From positions 104,687-168,686 of the forward strand of contig OZ242208.1 of NCBI GenBank assembly GCA_965206325.1: a stretch of DNA of 64,000 bases, given 5' to 3'. Source of the stretch: Gammaproteobacteria bacterium (GTDB lineage Bacteria; Pseudomonadota; Gammaproteobacteria; Tethybacterales; G965206325). Each line of letters begins with the position of its first letter. Position 1 is the first letter of the stretch. The notes below the pieces were generated by a model. The model was not told where the DNA came from. It made no database searches and saw nothing but the letters and a program-made list of their open reading frames with translations. Positions 41,016-49,313 of the stretch are shown piece after piece. Made by a program: the position numbers and the translations under genes.

Positions 41016-41047
41016 CGGGTCGGGGAATTGATTCTCCGGCCAACCCG
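41016..41047. repeat. REP-like palindrome / terminator, copy 3
   Basis: CGGGTCGGGGAATTGATTCTCCGGCCAACCCG between the convergent adhesin and toxin genes. Confidence 0.55.
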
Positions 41048-41125
41048 CGTATTCGCGTTTTAAGTTGGGGCGGTTCGGATGAATGAAGCCGATTCGCCGC
41101 AAATCCGTCCGCATATTTTGCGGCG

Positions 41126-41455
41126 TCAGTGATAGTCAATGATTGCGATAATGCGAATGGCGGTCACTTTTTTCCAATCAAGTCCGCCATCGGCGAGAGT
41201 CGGAATCGGCGGCGACGGCGCAAAAATTAAGCGATAGGGATGCGCCAGATTTATCGCCAGTTGTCCTTTGCGATTGCCGGTTAATTCATGGCAGTGTCCG
41301 CTGGTGTTGCGCAATTCCGCCAGCGATTCGGCATGGCGAATTTGCGCCAATCTCTCCGTAATTTTTTTGCCGACGCGAATGCCGTAGATTACGGCAATTT
41401 CGCGGGGCGAAGCCAGCGATTTGCGGAGTTTGGCAGCGGCGCAGGTGATTTTCAC
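41126..41455 (-). CDS. HigB-like (RelE superfamily, killer protein) toxin
   Basis: CHELTGNRKGQLAINLAHPYRLIF, GGLDW, C-terminal IIDYH. Confidence 0.85.
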   Translation of the reverse strand: MKITCAAAKLRKSLASPREIAVIYGIRVGKKITERLAQIRHAESLAELRNTSGHCHELTGNRKGQLAINLAHPYRLIFAPSPPIPTLADGGLDWKKVTAIRIIAIIDYH

Positions 41456-41472
41456 TTGGCGCTGTTTTTTCG

Positions 41473-41826
41473 TCAGGCGGCGGCGGCTTTTTGACGGCGG
41501 ACAGGCGGATCAAGCGGAAACCCTTCTTTTCTGAGTCCGCGCCAATACGCCGCGTTAACGATGGTTTTTCCCTGTCGCGCGCCGTCTTGAAAGCCGTTTT
41601 CCATTCGCATCCAAAAGTCCGCGGAAGGCCGTGTCAGCACCCGCGCAATTTTTTCAGCGATAGGGCGCGTCAGCGGCAGGCGGCTGCATAGAATGCCGCG
41701 CACTGTCTCTTCCGGAATGCCGGCGCGCATTGAAAAATTCCGCACGCTCAAACGATGCGCGCGCATTTCTTCCCGCAGTGCATTGCCCGGCGGGACGGTA
41801 AATTCAGGCGCGTATTCGTCGGTCAT
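41473..41826 (-). CDS. HigA-like Xre-HTH antitoxin
   Basis: VPPGNALREE, HTH region, SADFWMRME; start reassigned to 41826 because TGcTATAAT (41869-41861) overlaps the ORF-track start. Confidence 0.8.
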   Translation of the reverse strand: MTDEYAPEFTVPPGNALREEMRAHRLSVRNFSMRAGIPEETVRGILCSRLPLTRPIAEKIARVLTRPSADFWMRMENGFQDGARQGKTIVNAAYWRGLRKEGFPLDPPVRRQKAAAA

Positions 41827-41871
41827 TTTTTTGAATTCGGTCGGGGAATTCGTTGATGCCATTATAGCATT

Positions 41872-43317
41872 TCATTCCGTCGCCGATTTTTTCGTCCGTT
41901 TGGGGGGGGGATTAAGCGACAGGCGGGCGCGATTAATCGCTTCGCGGACGCGCGCCGGAGCCGTGCCGCCAATATGATTCCGCGCTGCAATGGAGCCGCA
42001 AACCGAAAGCGATTCTTTGGCGTCTTCGCCGATGCGATTGGAAAATTTTCGCAGCGTCGGCAAATCCAAATCATCCAGATTGCAGTTGCGCCTTTCGGCT
42101 TCGGCGACGGCGGCGGCGACGGCGGCATGCGCATCGCGGAAAGCGACTCCCTTCTTTACTAAATAATCGGCGAGATCGGTTGCGGTGGAATGTCCGCCGC
42201 CCGCTAATGCGGCCATTCTGGCGGCATTAATTTTCAGCGACGGCAGCATCGCCGCAAAAATTTTTATGCTGTGAAGAGCGGAATCGGCGGCGTCAAAAAG
42301 AGGCGGCTTGTCTTCCTGATTGTCGCGGTTGTAGGCGAGCGGCTGCGATTTCATCATCATCATTAAAGCCGTCCACGACGATGCGACGCGCCCGCATTTT
42401 CCGCGAATTAATTCGGCGATGTCGGGATTTTTTTTCTGCGGCATAATGGAGGAACCGGTGGCGAATGCATCGCCGAGCGAAATAAATCCAAAAGCCGGAT
42501 TCGCCCACAGCGTAATTTCCTCGCAAAAGCGCGAAAGATGAATCATTAAAAGCGATGCGGCGGCGCAAAATTCAGCGGCGAAATCGCGGTCGGAAACGGC
42601 GTCCAAAGAATTTTCGCAGACGCCGTCAAAGCCCAAACGACGCGCAAGCCATTGGCGGTCAATCGCAAAGCCCACTCCCGCCAGCGCGCCCGACCCCAGC
42701 GGCAGAAAATTCGCCCGCGCGCCGCATTCGGCGAATCGCGCCATATCCCGCGCCAGCATTGCATCGTAAGCCATTAAATGATGGCCGAAAGTAATCGGCT
42801 GGGCGAATTGCAAATGCGTCATTCCGGGCATCGGCGAATCGGCGTGACGACCGGCAAGATTCAATAAAGCCAGCCGCGCCGTCCGAATCGCCGCTGTCAT
42901 TTCGCCGACGGCTTCGCGCATCCACAGGCGAAGGTCGGTCGCTACTTGGTCGTTGCGCGAACGGGCGGTGTGCAGCCGCTTGCCGGATTCGCCGACAAGC
43001 GCAATCAGCCGCCTTTCCACATTCAGATGGATATCTTCCGCGTCGGCATGCCAGACGAATTTTCCGCCTTCAATTTCATCGGCGATTTTTTTAAGGCCGC
43101 CTTTAATTTTAGCGAAATCCGACTTGGCGATAATTTTGCAGCGCGCCAGCATTTCGGCATGCGCCAGCGAAGCCCGAATGTCAAAGGGCGCAAGGCGGCG
43201 GTCGGCGGCAAGCGACGAAGAAAACAGCAAAGCGCGCGAATCCATCGCCCCGCCGATTCGCGCAGAATCAAAGCGGACAGACCGGGCCGCCTTTTTAATT
43301 GAAGGATTCTTTTTCAT
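41872..43317 (-). CDS. argH: Argininosuccinate lyase
   Basis: EDIHLNVE, HTARSRNDQVATD, GSSIMPQKKNPD, FRDAH. Confidence 0.97.
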   Translation of the reverse strand: MKKNPSIKKAARSVRFDSARIGGAMDSRALLFSSSLAADRRLAPFDIRASLAHAEMLARCKIIAKSDFAKIKGGLKKIADEIEGGKFVWHADAEDIHLNVERRLIALVGESGKRLHTARSRNDQVATDLRLWMREAVGEMTAAIRTARLALLNLAGRHADSPMPGMTHLQFAQPITFGHHLMAYDAMLARDMARFAECGARANFLPLGSGALAGVGFAIDRQWLARRLGFDGVCENSLDAVSDRDFAAEFCAAASLLMIHLSRFCEEITLWANPAFGFISLGDAFATGSSIMPQKKNPDIAELIRGKCGRVASSWTALMMMMKSQPLAYNRDNQEDKPPLFDAADSALHSIKIFAAMLPSLKINAARMAALAGGGHSTATDLADYLVKKGVAFRDAHAAVAAAVAEAERRNCNLDDLDLPTLRKFSNRIGEDAKESLSVCGSIAARNHIGGTAPARVREAINRARLSLNPPPKRTKKSATE

Positions 43318-43439
43318 TAATTAAAATCCGTCCGCAAATTATCAGGCGCAAACATCGCCGATTCATTGCGGCAATTCGGCGGGAAAACCCGCCAATGTTT
43401 CGTCGGCTTTCGGCTTGCATCGCTTAAATAATACCGCAT

Positions 43440-44870
43440 TTAACCCTTGGAATTGGCGAGCCAAATAAGAAGCCGGTCAATTAATCGCCGCGAGCGCCAG
43501 CCGTCGCGCCAATTGACGACGCACACAACTATCCAATCGCGCCCGGATGCATCGCGCACATATCCCGCCAGCGATTTAACTCCGCTTAAACTTCCGCTTT
43601 TAAGTCGCGCCCGACCGCGCAAATTCGGCGCGCGCAAACGGCGGCGCATCGTGCCGTCGACTCCGGCAAGCGGCAGCGACGCTAAAAATTCCGCCCGCCA
43701 TGGATGCGTCCAAGCGTCGTCCAGAATATCGGCGAGAAGATTCGGCGAGACGCGGGTCGCGCGCGAAAGTCCGCTGCCGTTGTCAATAAAAAAATCATCG
43801 CCGACTTCAATGCCGCGCGCGGAAAGCCAATTCATCGCCGTCTTTCGCGCGTCGTCAATATTGTAAGGCGGGGCGCTTTTGCTTTCTTTTCCCAAAGTCA
43901 GAAAAACCTGCCGCGCCATTAAATTATTGCTGTATTTGTTCATCGCGCGAAGAATTTCGGAAAGGGGGGGGGATTCAAATTCGGCGATGACCTTCGCCCC
44001 CTGCGGCGTAATTCCGCGCCGCCATTCCCCTGAAAATTCACCGCCGAGCTGCCGCCACAGCGCGCCGAAAACACCGGCGGCATAAGTGGAATGATCCAAT
44101 AAATTCAAATGCCAATCGCGCTCGCCGCAGCGGCGGGAATAACGGCCGGACAAGCGTAGAATAACCCCCCCCCCCTCCTCGTCGGATTCTATAATTCGCT
44201 CGCGGAATCGCCCCCGCCAATAGCGGCAGCGGGCGCTGTCCAATCGCAGTTTGTTTTCAATTCGCACCGCATCCGACGGCGGATTCGTCCTTGCCAAAAC
44301 GGATTTTCCGTCCGGCGAAAGAATAACTTGAGTCGCCTTGAAATTAATAACCGCCCCCCCCGGTCCGGCGTTGTAGGGCTGCAAAGGCGCGCCGTCAAAG
44401 GCGGCGGAATCATGCGGCGGAAGATTGAAAATGGAATCGTCCACCGCAAAGGAATCAATTCTTTTAATTCCGCGCCCGCGCAAATCATTCAGCATTCCCA
44501 GAAATCTTTCCACTGTAATGTAGGGGTCCCCCCCCCCCTTAAAAAACAAGCCGCCGCCGTCGCCGGCAAAGACGGTTTTCCAGCGAAAATTGGGGCCGAG
44601 CAAATCCAGCGCCGCATATGCGGTTATTAATTTAACAACGGACGCCGGATTGTAAAGGCGATTCGCATTGTATGAAATTAACGGCGCGTCTTCTTTTCCG
44701 GCTTCGCGCGCGACAATGCCGATGCGATGCGGCGGAATTCCGCTGGCGCGAATCATTTCCCGCACCGCCGCCGGAACAATGTCTTCGGGGGGGGGGAGGG
44801 GGGATTCGGCCGCCGCCGCCGCTAAAATCGCCGACGCGAAAAATATCCGCAGAAATAAATTCAATCTCAT
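43440..44870 (-). CDS. dacB: D-Ala-D-Ala carboxypeptidase/endopeptidase PBP4
   Basis: PASVVK (SxxK), KYSNN (SxN), DNGSGLSR, KSG. Confidence 0.93.
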   Translation of the reverse strand: MRLNLFLRIFFASAILAAAAAESPLPPPEDIVPAAVREMIRASGIPPHRIGIVAREAGKEDAPLISYNANRLYNPASVVKLITAYAALDLLGPNFRWKTVFAGDGGGLFFKGGGDPYITVERFLGMLNDLRGRGIKRIDSFAVDDSIFNLPPHDSAAFDGAPLQPYNAGPGGAVINFKATQVILSPDGKSVLARTNPPSDAVRIENKLRLDSARCRYWRGRFRERIIESDEEGGGVILRLSGRYSRRCGERDWHLNLLDHSTYAAGVFGALWRQLGGEFSGEWRRGITPQGAKVIAEFESPPLSEILRAMNKYSNNLMARQVFLTLGKESKSAPPYNIDDARKTAMNWLSARGIEVGDDFFIDNGSGLSRATRVSPNLLADILDDAWTHPWRAEFLASLPLAGVDGTMRRRLRAPNLRGRARLKSGSLSGVKSLAGYVRDASGRDWIVVCVVNWRDGWRSRRLIDRLLIWLANSKG

Positions 44871-46228
44871 GAAAACCGCCGAATGACCGCAAGGGTTTTT
44901 TCCGCCAGAAAATTCATTTCATCTTCATCCAAAATATACGGCGGCATCCAATAGACCGTGTCGCCGAGCGGACGCAGCAGAATTCCTTCATCCAAAGCGG
45001 CGGCGGCAAATTCCAGCGGCGACGGCGAATGCGGCGGACGAAATTCAAAAGCCCAAATCATTCCGCAATTGCGAAAATGAAAAACATAAGGATGCTTTGC
45101 AATTTCCTTCGCCCGGTCGGAAAGATACTGCGCGCGGCGGCGATTTTCGCAAATGACATTCTCCTCTTCAAAGATTCCCAAGGTCGCCAAAGCGGCCGCG
45201 CAGGCAAGCGGATTGCCGGCGTAGGAATGCGAATGCCAAAACGCGCGGCGAAAATCATCGCCGAGAAATTTTTGAAAAATATCATCTTGGCAAAGAACAG
45301 CGGAAAGCGGCAGAAAGCCGCCGGTGATTCCTTTTGACAAGCACAGAAAATCAGGGGACGCCCCCCCCTGCTCGCAGGCGAACATTGTGCCGGTGCGGCC
45401 GAAGCCGACGGCAATTTCATCGGCGATAAAATGCACGCCGAATTCGCGGCAGGCGGCGGCGGCATCGCGCACATATTCGGGATGATGCATCGCCATTCCG
45501 CCTGCGCCCTGCACCAAAGGTTCAATAATAAAGGCGGCGATGCTATGGTTTTCTTTCGCCAAGTATTCGCGCAATTCGGCGGCGCATCGCTTGGCGAATT
45601 GCAATGCGTATTCGCCGGATTCGGCAAGGCGAAAATCCGGACTCTTCACGCATTTCGCCGGACGCAAAAGCGGCGAATAAATGTCGCGATAAAGCGGAAT
45701 GTCCGTAACGCCGAGCGCGCCCAAAGTTTCGCCGTGATACCCCCCCTCCGCGCAGACGAATTGATTTTTCTGCGGACGACCGGCATTAATCCATGCATGC
45801 GCGCTCATCTTAAGCGCAATCTCAACCGCCGAAGCGCCGTCCGATGCATAAAAAGCATGGCCTAATCCGCGCGGGGCGGCGGCGGAAAGTTTTTCCGATA
45901 ATTCAACCGCCGTCCGATGCGTAAATCCGGCGAGCATTACATGCTCTAATTCCTTCGCCTGCGCGCAAACGGCATCGGCGATTTTGGAATTGCAATGGCC
46001 GAATAAATTCACCCACCACGACGACACCGCATCCAGAATCCGGCGGCCGTCAAAATCAATCAGCCATGCCCCATCGCCGCGCGCAACAGGAATAAGCCCC
46101 CCCCCCCCCCCCTTCCCCGACTTGCCGTCGGCGATAATGTCCGCGCTTTGCAGATTCCGCATTTGCGTCGCCGGATGCCACACGGCGCGGCGCGAGCGTT
46201 CAATCCATTCTTGATTTTGCGATTTCAT
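44867..46228 (-). CDS. bioA: Adenosylmethionine-8-amino-7-oxononanoate aminotransferase
   Basis: VWHPATQM, SSWWVNLFGH, YHGET, DEIAVGFGRTG, LSKGITGG, HSHSYAGNP. Confidence 0.95.
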   Translation of the reverse strand: MKSQNQEWIERSRRAVWHPATQMRNLQSADIIADGKSGKGGGGGLIPVARGDGAWLIDFDGRRILDAVSSWWVNLFGHCNSKIADAVCAQAKELEHVMLAGFTHRTAVELSEKLSAAAPRGLGHAFYASDGASAVEIALKMSAHAWINAGRPQKNQFVCAEGGYHGETLGALGVTDIPLYRDIYSPLLRPAKCVKSPDFRLAESGEYALQFAKRCAAELREYLAKENHSIAAFIIEPLVQGAGGMAMHHPEYVRDAAAACREFGVHFIADEIAVGFGRTGTMFACEQGGASPDFLCLSKGITGGFLPLSAVLCQDDIFQKFLGDDFRRAFWHSHSYAGNPLACAAALATLGIFEEENVICENRRRAQYLSDRAKEIAKHPYVFHFRNCGMIWAFEFRPPHSPSPLEFAAAALDEGILLRPLGDTVYWMPPYILDEDEMNFLAEKTLAVIRRFS

Positions 46229-47628
46229 TTTAATCCGACGGTAATTCGGCGAAGCGATTCTTCGCGCCCCAAAACTTCCGCAACTTCGGCAATATCCGGC
46301 GATTCGGAGCGGCCCGTCAGCAGCGCGCGCAGCGGCATTCCCAAGGCGGCGAATTTTAATTGATTCGCGCGCGCGATTTCTTTTATCGTCCGCTTAATTT
46401 CCGCCGCATTCCATTTTTCCAATGCGCGCAATTTTTCCGCCAGCGAATGAACCGCCGGACGATTCTCCGCCGCCAAATAACGGCTTAATAATTCATCGGG
46501 AGGGGGGGGGGGGGATTCAAAATACGCCGACGCTTCGCGCAATTCATTAAGCGTAAACGCCGACGCGCGGACTAATTCAATGGCCGATTCGCCCGCCGAC
46601 AATCCCGCCATTTCGCCCAGCGTTTGGGCGTCTTTGCGGGAAAGATGCCGATGATTAAGCCAGCGCAATTTATTCGCATCAAACCGCGCCGGAGCCCGCT
46701 GGACGCGGTCTAATGAAAAGTTGCGGACAAAGAATTCGCGGTCAAAAACTTCGCTTGCATCGGCGGGCGACCAGCCGAGTCGCGCGAGATAATTAATCAT
46801 CGCTTCGCTTAAGAATCCGTCATCGCGGTAGCGCATCACATCCACCGCGCCGTTTCTTTTGGACATTCTTTCGTATCGCGGCTCGCCGTTTTCATTAAGA
46901 ATTGGATCGCCGCTTTCATCGCGCGCGGCGTTTAATAAAAGAGGAACATGGGCGAATTGCGGCGGCTCAATTTCCATCGCATAAAAAAGATGCATTTGGC
47001 GCGGCGTGTTGCTGACATGATCTTCGCCGCGAATGACATGGGTGATTTTAGCGGCGGCGTCGTCGGCGACAACGGCTAAATTATAAGTGGGGCGGCCGTC
47101 GGCGCGAAGAATTACAAGGTCGTCCAATTCGGAATTGGCGACGGCAATCTTTCCTTTGACCGCGTCGTCAAAAATAATTTCGCCTTCCATTGGCGTTTTG
47201 AATCTAACTGTCGGCGAAACGCCGGGGGGGGGGGGGCGTTTGGAATCGCGCCAGCGGCGGTCGTAGCGCGGCTTTTCGCTGCGGGCGATTTGCTCTTCGC
47301 GCAGGCGCGACAATTCCTCCGGAGTCGCATAGCAGTAATACGCCTTGTTTTCGGCGAGCAGGCGGCGAACTAATTGCCGATGCTCGTCCGCGCGGGCGGA
47401 AGAATAAATAGGCCCTTCATCATAATTTAACCCAAGCCAATCCATCGCATTGATAATCGCGCGCGAGGCGGAATCGGTCGAGCGGGCGGAATCAGTATCT
47501 TCAATTCGCAAAACGAATTGCCCCCCCCCCCCCCTCGCGAAAGCCCACGAAAAAAGCGCGGTGCGCGCGCCGCCGATATGCAGATAGCCGGTGGGACTCG
47601 GCGCAAAACGAGTGCGAATCGCCGTCAT
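46225..47628 (-). CDS. gltX: Glutamate--tRNA ligase
   Basis: RFAPSPTGYLHIGG, LRIEDTD, HVIRGEDH, RMSKR. Confidence 0.97.
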   Translation of the reverse strand: MTAIRTRFAPSPTGYLHIGGARTALFSWAFARGGGGQFVLRIEDTDSARSTDSASRAIINAMDWLGLNYDEGPIYSSARADEHRQLVRRLLAENKAYYCYATPEELSRLREEQIARSEKPRYDRRWRDSKRPPPPGVSPTVRFKTPMEGEIIFDDAVKGKIAVANSELDDLVILRADGRPTYNLAVVADDAAAKITHVIRGEDHVSNTPRQMHLFYAMEIEPPQFAHVPLLLNAARDESGDPILNENGEPRYERMSKRNGAVDVMRYRDDGFLSEAMINYLARLGWSPADASEVFDREFFVRNFSLDRVQRAPARFDANKLRWLNHRHLSRKDAQTLGEMAGLSAGESAIELVRASAFTLNELREASAYFESPPPPPDELLSRYLAAENRPAVHSLAEKLRALEKWNAAEIKRTIKEIARANQLKFAALGMPLRALLTGRSESPDIAEVAEVLGREESLRRITVGLK

Positions 47629-48920
47629 TATTTCGGCGATATTATTTCCGCCCCGCCCATATAAGAAACAAGGGGGGGGGGGACTTTAATTGAGCCGTCG
47701 GCCTGCTGATAATTTTCCATCACCGCAATTAAGGCGCGCCCGACGGCGACGCCGGAGCCGTTTAAGGTATGGACAAATTCCGTCTTCTTTTTTTGGGGCG
47801 CGCGGAATCGCGCCATCATTCGGCGCGCTTGAAAGTCGCGGCAATTGCTGCACGATGATATTTCGCGGTGGCGATTCTGCCCCGGCAACCACACTTCTAT
47901 ATCATAAGTTTTTGCGGCGGCGAATCCGATGTCGCCCGCGCACAAAAGAACGACGCGATGCGGCAATTTCAATTCCCGCAGAATCTTTTCGGCGTTGGAA
48001 GTTAATTCCTCCAAAGCCTTGTCCGAATCTTCGGGCGGGGAAATATGAACTAATTCCACCTTGTCAAATTGATGCTGCCGCAGCATTCCGCGAGTGTCCT
48101 TGCCATGCGCGCCGGCTTCCCGCCGATAGCACGGCGTGTGGCAAACAAACTTCTTCGGCAATTCATCATGCCGAAAAATTTTATCCTGCGCGAAATTCGT
48201 CACCGGCACTTCGGCGGTCGGAATTAAATAAAAGCCGTCGTCTTTGATGCAAAACAATTCGTCGCCGAACTTCGGCAATTGTCCGGTGCCCGTGAGTGTT
48301 TTTTCATTGACAAGATGCGGCACGACAACTTCTTCATAGCCGTGATGGGCGGTATGAAAGTCCAGCATAAATTGAGTCAAGGCGCGATGGAGTCGCGCCA
48401 GCGGCCCGGCAAGCGAAACAAATCGCGCCCCGGCCATTTTCGCCGCCGCCGGAAAATCCATCATGCCGAGCGATTCGCCAAGAGCGACATGATCCTTGGG
48501 AGAATCCATCACAGGCAATTCGCCCCATCTGCGAATTTCCTTGCTGTCGTTTTCGCCGTCGCCGTCGGGGACGGAATCGTCAAGGAGATTCGGCAGGTCA
48601 AGAAGAATCTCTCGGAGATACTGCTCCTGCGTTTTCTGCAGGGCGTCTTCCTGCTGTTTCAGTCCTTCTTTTATCGCCGCCGATTCGCGCGACAAGGCGG
48701 CGATTTTATCGGCGGATTCCAAATCCGATTGGGCTTTGAGTTCGCCGATTTTTCGCGCGATGGAATTGATGTCCGCGCGTTTTTTTTCCACTTCGCCCAG
48801 CAATGATTTTCGCGCTGATTCAAATTCGGCGAAGGATTCGCGCGGGAATGCATAGCCGCGCCGCTTCAAATTTTCGGCGACGGCATCAAGGTCGTTGCGA
48901 AGAAGATGCGGATCAATCAC
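47628..48920 (-). CDS. serS: Serine--tRNA ligase
   Basis: LIPTAEVP, RREAG, RQHQFDKVE, EISSCSNC, HTLNGSG. Confidence 0.98.
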   Translation of the reverse strand: MIDPHLLRNDLDAVAENLKRRGYAFPRESFAEFESARKSLLGEVEKKRADINSIARKIGELKAQSDLESADKIAALSRESAAIKEGLKQQEDALQKTQEQYLREILLDLPNLLDDSVPDGDGENDSKEIRRWGELPVMDSPKDHVALGESLGMMDFPAAAKMAGARFVSLAGPLARLHRALTQFMLDFHTAHHGYEEVVVPHLVNEKTLTGTGQLPKFGDELFCIKDDGFYLIPTAEVPVTNFAQDKIFRHDELPKKFVCHTPCYRREAGAHGKDTRGMLRQHQFDKVELVHISPPEDSDKALEELTSNAEKILRELKLPHRVVLLCAGDIGFAAAKTYDIEVWLPGQNRHREISSCSNCRDFQARRMMARFRAPQKKKTEFVHTLNGSGVAVGRALIAVMENYQQADGSIKVPPPLVSYMGGAEIISPK

Positions 48921-48974
48921 GGCTTAAGAAACGGCGCGCGGATTATAGCAAAATTCCGCCGCGAATTTTTGCAA

Positions 48975-49109
48975 GGCGCAAAAGGCGACAAGGGCGATAA
49001 AGGCGACCAAGGAATTCAAGGCGTCGCCGGAGCGGCCGGTCAAGACGGCGCAGATGGAATTGATTCCAAAAAAGTTTTAACAGCGGGTTCGCTGTCCATT
49101 GGATTCTGA
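48975..49109 (+). pseudogene. Remnant of a collagen-like trimeric autotransporter
   Basis: Ten Gly-X-Y triplets fused to DSKKVLTAGSLSIGF-stop, which resembles a YadA-anchor terminal strand; no credible start or signal peptide. Confidence 0.5.
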
Positions 49110-49160
49110 TACAATCCATTCATTGCTACAACCGCCGAATAATCGGCAAGGAGTTAAATC

Positions 49161-49208
49161 ATGGCAAAAGTGACGGGACCGTTAATGTCCCTTTCCGCCG
49201 GCGGATAA
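49161..49208 (+). pseudogene. Truncated gene start / 15-aa ORF MAKVTGPLMSLSAGG
   Basis: Strong RBS AAGGAG at 49148-49153, then an early stop. Confidence 0.4.
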
Positions 49209-49313
49209 TCCCCACGAATCCCCGAAGCGTGGATCAATTGGCGCAGAGGAATTTCCTCAAAGTGCAGTCCACGGCGATTGTGCGGATTAACGCCAATTTT
49301 CGCTGGGCGTAAA

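Larger units (their letters stand above)
41902..47682. repeat. Cluster of 13 poly-G/poly-C tracts (7-16 nt)
   Basis: G9 41902, G9 43964, C11 44165, C8 44354, C11 44528, G10 44787, C8 45361, C7 45740, C16 46097, G13 46502, G13 47224, C14 47521, G11 47672. Confidence 0.9.

Noticed and set aside
41902-47682. Classical ON/OFF phase variation or frameshifted pseudogenes at the homopolymers
   Set aside because: All five genes are intact and in frame, and gltX/serS are normally essential, so simple ON/OFF switching is unlikely; retained as an unexplained finding.
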